DNA from: Squalus acanthias
Lineage: Eukaryota
Assembly (NCBI GenBank): GCA_030390025.1
Contig: CM059432.1
Span: forward strand, 71,302,001 to 71,366,000
DNA: 64,000 bases
Reading direction: 5' to 3'
In this document: positions 58,369-64,000 of the stretch, piece after piece
How positions within the stretch are numbered: position 1 is the first letter of the stretch
Layout: every line of letters starts with the position of its first letter
Notes under the pieces: model-generated
What the model saw: the letters and a program-made list of their open reading frames with translations, nothing else
The model's database searches: none
What the model was told of the DNA's origin: nothing
Program-made: the position numbers and the translations under genes

Positions 58369-60400
58369 GGCCGTGAAATTCATCCCCGCAGCGCTGTTGT
58401 CTTGGCATTTTTTAAAATGACATCTGCCTCGCTTTCACCCACTTCTGGCGCAGCCCGCCCCGTTCGCCCCCTTGCTGAGGGCGATAGTGTGGGCAGTACG
58501 TGCGTGCGCCAGTAGTAGGCAGAGTAGGCAGATTGTGACGTCAGTCAGCGTGTGACACTGACTTGAAGCACGAACCACCATTGTCAACCTCGCCGCTCCA
58601 CTGAGCACCCTCTCCTAAACATGCAAAGCTGAATGACGTTGGTTGCTACTGGAAAGTCTCTGAGTACACCACTTGCTCCCAGTCATGGGGGCTCTAGTTG
58701 CAGTTCCCCTTGCGCTGCAGCATGACAGGGAGATTGAGCTGAGGCAGCAAAGAAGATAAGCTACTCGCAGAGGGAGGAGGGCTCTCAGCAGGAGGCCTTA
58801 CCCACCTAGGGTCTTCAGGGAGTACTTCTCTTACCTGCACCTAAGCCAGAAGCAGTGCGTTCAGCGGCTCCACTTCACCAAGGAGGTGGTCACAGAACAG
58901 TGCCACCTCTTGGAACCAGACTTGCAGCCTCAGAGCAGGGCGACAACAGCGCTGTCAGAGGCCCTCAACGTGACTGTGGCCCTAAATTTTTTTCACCAGT
59001 GGATCCTTCCAGGCTGGAACAGGTGACATAGCAAACATCTCGCAGTTCGCCATCCATCGCTGCATCCAGGAGGTCACAAAGGCTCTGTACGCTCGGAGGT
59101 GGCTTTCATTGTCTTCTCTCTAAACAGAGAGAAGCAGGAGGAACGTGCACGTGGCTTTGACAGGATAGTGGGCTTCCCCATGGTGCAGAGAGTGTGAGAT
59201 CAAGTGACAGTGTATCTTGTTCTGCAAAACTCTCCTCTCGCTATTCCTGCACTGACTGGCCAGGTTGGAGTTCTTGGGTGTCTGAAAGGAGAAAGGCACA
59301 AGGGTAGGGTTGTGGTGAGGGGAGGGGGGAAAGCAAGATGTACATGTTTACACCATGAGCAGCTTGTAAGTGAAAAGAGATTGTGGGATGAGGGGGAAGT
59401 GGGATATGAGAAGAAGGATTAGGTATGAGCATACGGTCATCTTCAATGGTTTCAGCCTTGCCGATCGCCACGGCCTCAGTGACGGCCCCTCCAATAATGT
59501 CGAGCACAGTCTCCTCCAGCTGGGTCAGGATATGCAGGCTTGCCCGTCTCCCGCCGGTTAGCTGCTGCTGTCTGCGGTTATGAGCCACCTTTCCCTGCAA
59601 GAGAAAGGAAAGTGTGTCAGTGAGTGTGGTGCAATGTGTTTGGGTGATGTGCCTGTCATGGTTGAGTAGCTGGCAGTGTGTGCAAGGTGTAAGATGTGGG
59701 TGTGAGGCTTGCAGCAGTGGTAAGTGTGTGAGGGTGAGGTGAAGCTATGATTGAGGTATGAGTTGTGATTGATAGAGATTGTTGGTAGGTGAGTGATGGG
59801 GGTGTGGTGCATTGAGCAGTGTTTGAGGTTAGTGGTGCAGTTGGTGGGAGACGGCTTTTGAAGATGCATTCACTGATCTTGACCACTCATGTGAGGTCAT
59901 TGAACTTCTTTTGGCACTGGATCCAGGCCCTCGGGGCAAGACTGCTGGCAGTGACCGATTTGACTATCTGCTCCCACTGCCTTCTCACTGTGTGCCTGGA
60001 GGGCCTCCTGGCCCCCTGTGGGTAGAAGACCTGTCTCCTCCTTTCTACCCCCTGTACTAAGGCCTCCAGTGCTGCGTCCGAGAACCTTGGTGCCCTTTCT
60101 CTGCCCTGTTGAGCCATTACTGAGTCACAGTTGCTTTCCAGCAGCGGCTGAATGCAGAATCACCTCACCTTTAAGAGGTGCAGACTGCCTTTAAAAAGTG
60201 GAGGCTAGCTTTAAATAGAGCTAACCTCGCACAAACTTTGGTCCCCTGCTGAGCGCTCAGCGCTGGGCTGCACGCATGAATCATGGCAATTAGTAGGCAG
60301 CACGAAGGTCACGTGCTGCCTACATTAATTTCAACGGGCGCGGGCTGATCACGCATCGTGATCCACGTGCCCGTTTTCATGCCTAATTGAAATTTTAGCC
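58369..60400. mobile_element. PIF/Harbinger element D, internally deleted (transposase N-terminal remnant +, Myb/SANT remnant -), inserted in an old CR1 (about 58190-58368 and 60401-60850)
   Basis: Termini GGCCGTGAAATT / AATTTTAGCC, TSD GTT; MAQQGRERAPRF...QCQKKFNDL at 59887-60117; the CR1 rejoins across the insertion. Confidence 0.82.
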
Positions 60401-61366
60401 GTTAATCTTATATCTATGGCATTTGCTTTAGACCCCTCAACTACTAGAACCAGTCTGATTCGATTTACTCCCTCATATCCTTTCATAATTTTAAACAGTT
60501 CTATCATTTCGCCCCACAATCTGTTATTCTACTGAAAAGAGCACAATTTTTTAGGTCTTTCTTCGTATTTGTGATTCTTCATACCAGGCAGCATCCTAAT
60601 GAATCTACTTTGTAACTTTTCTAAAGCCTCAAAAACCTTCCTATAGTGTGGAGCCCAATACTGCGCGCAATACTCTAACTGAGGTCTTATTAAGGTTTTA
60701 TATAGGCTCACCATTACCTTTTGGCTTTTACATTCTATACCTATTGTGATAAAACATAGAATTCCTTTAGGTTTTTTTAACAGCCCTATTAACCTGGGGT
60801 GCTGCCTTTAATGTCCTGTGAGCCTGTACCCCCAAACTCCCTCTGCCCAGAATCATAGAATAGAATCATAGAATGGTTACAGCATGAAGAAGGCCATTTG
60901 GCCCGTTGAGTCCGTGCCAGCTCTCTGCAACAGCACTTCAGCTAGTCCCACTTCCCCGCCCTTTCCCCGTAGCCCTGCAAATTTCTTTCCTTCAGATACT
61001 TATCCAACTCCCTTTTGAAAGCCGTGATTGAATCTGCCTCCACCACCCTTTCAGGCAGTGAAAATACACATCAGGCTATTACATAGAATTACATAGAACT
61101 TACAGCACAGAAACAGGCCATTCAGCCCAACAGGTCCATGCTGATGTTTGTGCTCTACACAAGCCTCCTCTCACCCTTCTTCATCTAACCCCATCAGTAT
61201 ATTCTTCTATTCCTTTCTCCCTCATGTGTTTATCTAGCTTCCCCTTCAATGCATCTATGCTATCCTCTTCAACTACTCCCTGTAGTAGCGAGTTCCACAT
61301 TCTAACCACTCTCTGGGTAAAGATGTTCCTCCTGAATTCCCTGTTGGATTTATTGATAACTATCAT

Positions 61367-62107
61367 GGGCCGGATATTCCGATCCCTACGGGTGGGTACG
61401 CGCTGTGTACCCACCAGTAGGGACATTGGAAATGCCGGTTTCAGGCATGCACTGCGCATGCGCTGGAAACCAGCATTTCCGATCTGTCAAGAAAGCTCTT
61501 GACAGATCCTCCGGCTGCCCGGGAGAAGGGCCTCTTCGGGCGGATAGTTCTGCTTTTTGGAGACCCTCCGCCTGCAGAAAACACTTACAATTCTTGCGCC
61601 TGGTAAAAGCAGGCGTAAGAGTTGAAAAAAAGTTTTTAAAAATTTTTTTTCCACTGATTTATCATTTAAAAATACTTTAAAGAAAGGTAAGTTTATTTTT
61701 AGCCCCGTTAAAAACTTTAATTATTTTTTTCAAAAATTTTAATTTTTGTTTAAATTAGTTAATTTATGTAATTTCAAGTCTTTTTAAAAATGTGACTTTT
61801 TTAAAAAAAAATTATTTGAAGTTTTACTATGTTTTGGGAGTGATCTCCATTCATATATTTGACAGGTCTTCCTGTCAAATGTATGAAGGGAGATTCCCTT
61901 CTCTGATTGGCTCCCCATGGCCCACGTGATCCCAGGGACGCTGCGAATGACCTGTGCCTCTGGGATATGTGGGCCCTACACACCGGCAGTTTGGAGAGGC
62001 CCAGAAGTGGAACTCTGCACCTCCCGGGAGCCCTCAGGTCTTGGCGCAGATTTTTCCAGATTGCAGCCCTCCGCCCGCGGGAGGCCTGCGATCGGAATAT
62101 CTGGGCC
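61367..62107. mobile_element. Harbinger-type MITE (hairpin family) inserted in a CR1-derived fragment
   Basis: TIR GGGCCGGATATTCC/GGAATATCTGGGCC, TSD CAT. Confidence 0.85.
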
Positions 62108-62469
62108 CATATATGTAAGGCTTCTAGTTTTGGACTCCCACACATTTTTTCTACGTCTACCCTATCAAACCATTTCATAATCTTAAAGACCTCTCGGTCT
62201 TCTCTTTTCTAAAGTAAAGAGCCGCAGCATGTTCAGTCTTTCCTGAGGTATAACCTCTCAGTTCTGGTATCATCCTTGTACATCATTTTTGCACCTTCTC
62301 CAGTTCCTCTGTATACTTTTATAATATGGAGACCAGAACTGTATATAGGGTACATTTTTGTCTTCACCACTTGGGCAGTTGTTGCAATGGAATGAAAATT
62401 GAGGGAGATCTATAAAGTGTGGGCACTGGCTCCACTAGATTACCACCCTGTGATATCTTAGTTATCAAG

Positions 62470-63055
62470 ATAGGCTAAAAGAGTTGGGACTCTCATCTTA
62501 GAGAAGTGTAAACTTAGTGGGGATCTGATTGAGGTTTATAGGATAATGAAGGGAATAGATTGTGTTCCAGCTGACAGTTTATTTCAATTAAATAGGTTAG
62601 GCAGGACCAGGGGTCACAAATTTAAGTTGTGTAAGGTTAGATCTAGGTTAGATGTCAGGAGATGGTTCTTTTCCCAGAGAACAGTGGACCTCTGGAACAG
62701 GCTGCTGTCTCGTGTGGTGGATGTTGATTCACTGAATTCCTTCAAGCGAGAGGTGGGCCAGTTTCTGGCTGGGGCAGAGATCACCTCTTACAGAAGGTAG
62801 GTACTGCAGGGAATTCAGGGCCAGAGTGATCTCCTGGACTAGTTTCGATTGCCTAGATGGGTCGGAGAGGAATTTTCCAGATTTTTTTTTCCCAAATTGA
62901 CCTGGGTTTTCTATTTTTTTTTGCCCTTCCTAGGACATCACACGGTTTTGGGTGGGGTGGAGTGTATATATCGTGATACACAAGGTATCGCAATTGTGTG
63001 GGACAGGCTCGATGGACCAGATGGTCTTTACCTGTCCGTCATTGTTCGTATGTTT
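62470..63055 (+). mobile_element. CR1 LINE 3' fragment
   Basis: RTRGHKFKL...RRWFFSQR.V.LWN.L motif. Confidence 0.78.
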
Positions 63056-64000
63056 GTAAATAATGGTGATAATCTACCCCAGCAATTTTCATCCCTTTTC
63101 TGCCCATTATAATATTCTGCATTAAAGCACTTGTACTAAAGTCTGCTGGACCTGAACTCTAACTTTTTCATGTTATATTGTACACTATGGTACAGAACAT
63201 TCATTGCAGATACCTCTAATTAGTGCAGACGTGCAGACTGCAGCACTACTGAGGACTGTGTTCTAATGATGGTGGAGTGTATATAATTGCATATTATGTA
63301 GAACAATAGTATGAATTCCAGCTACATCTATCTCAGGTTATAATTTCATAACAAAATAAATGTGGTCTAAGAACAAAATGTTATTCATCCTTCAGTGAAT
63401 GACTGTACAGAAAGAATGAAACAGAAAAGAAAACATCTAATCTCCACCAGACTACCGAAGTAGAAATGTGATTTTGAATTAAAGATTATGGTGTTCTGCA
63501 CATATATAAATGCTATACTCATCAATGCACTGACACCTACATGGTGAATCAGTTGGACAAAGGCATTGTAATGAATTGATGGATTAGAGGTAAAGTTAAG
63601 TTCAGATTTACCATAATTACTGGAAGGTGTTCTGCTTGAAAGCCAAAAATGAAATAGACCCTATTCATGAATATAAAAAGCTAGGAAAAGATTATTAAAA
63701 TTTATTTTCTAGATTTAATGAAAAAGCACAATCAGGGTGCACTTACACTGCAGCTAGTGGTCTGAGACTAGAAGCTGCAGTATCAGTACCTCAGTTATAC
63801 TGCCTGGCACTAATTGAAATCCTCCCGCCAAGGAGAGCTTTCTGAGAAGGTGTTCTTACCAGCGTGTGTACAGTTTCCCTCCCAGCTGCTACATGTTAAA
63901 TATTTTGAATATGCGGTGGGCGTGTCGGTACTTCTAATCATTTAAATCAACTCTGGGCAGGTTTATACAATGCTCAGGAGATGCAATCGACCTTGGCGTA

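Noticed and set aside
63733..63795. Possible pre-miRNA hairpin (ACTGCAGCT...AGCTGCAGT)
   Set aside because: Only a 9-bp perfect stem with large internal loops, and no mature miRNA that I recognise.

Overview
Repeat-dense eukaryotic genomic DNA with no host protein-coding gene that I can support. The mix of CR1/L2, RTE and Tx1 LINEs, Penelope elements, Deu-type SINEs and PIF/Harbinger elements suggests a vertebrate, probably a cartilaginous fish (inference). The main feature is a complete, apparently very young 12.7-kb enveloped LTR provirus on the minus strand (4372-17098), inserted into a Penelope element. It has two 1647-bp LTRs that are identical by eye, a 4-bp TSD (CACT), a PBS, a PPT and intact gag, pol and env. 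Its features fit a lokiretrovirus-like, retrovirus-sister lineage. Pol is PR-RT(YVDD)-dead Gypsy-type RNase H-second active RNase H-IN. Env resembles a paramyxo/pneumovirus F-type class I fusion protein rather than a classical SU/TM. Unusual details: an Ig V-set-like domain at the Env N-terminus, gag-pol joined in frame by a UGA-CUAG readthrough motif, the gag AUG overlapping the PBS (no leader), overlapping PSAP/PPxY late domains, and a C-terminal PDZ-binding motif on Env. The rest of the window is nested, decayed LINE, Penelope and Harbinger copies, plus a Harbinger MITE family whose internal hairpins show compensatory changes between copies.
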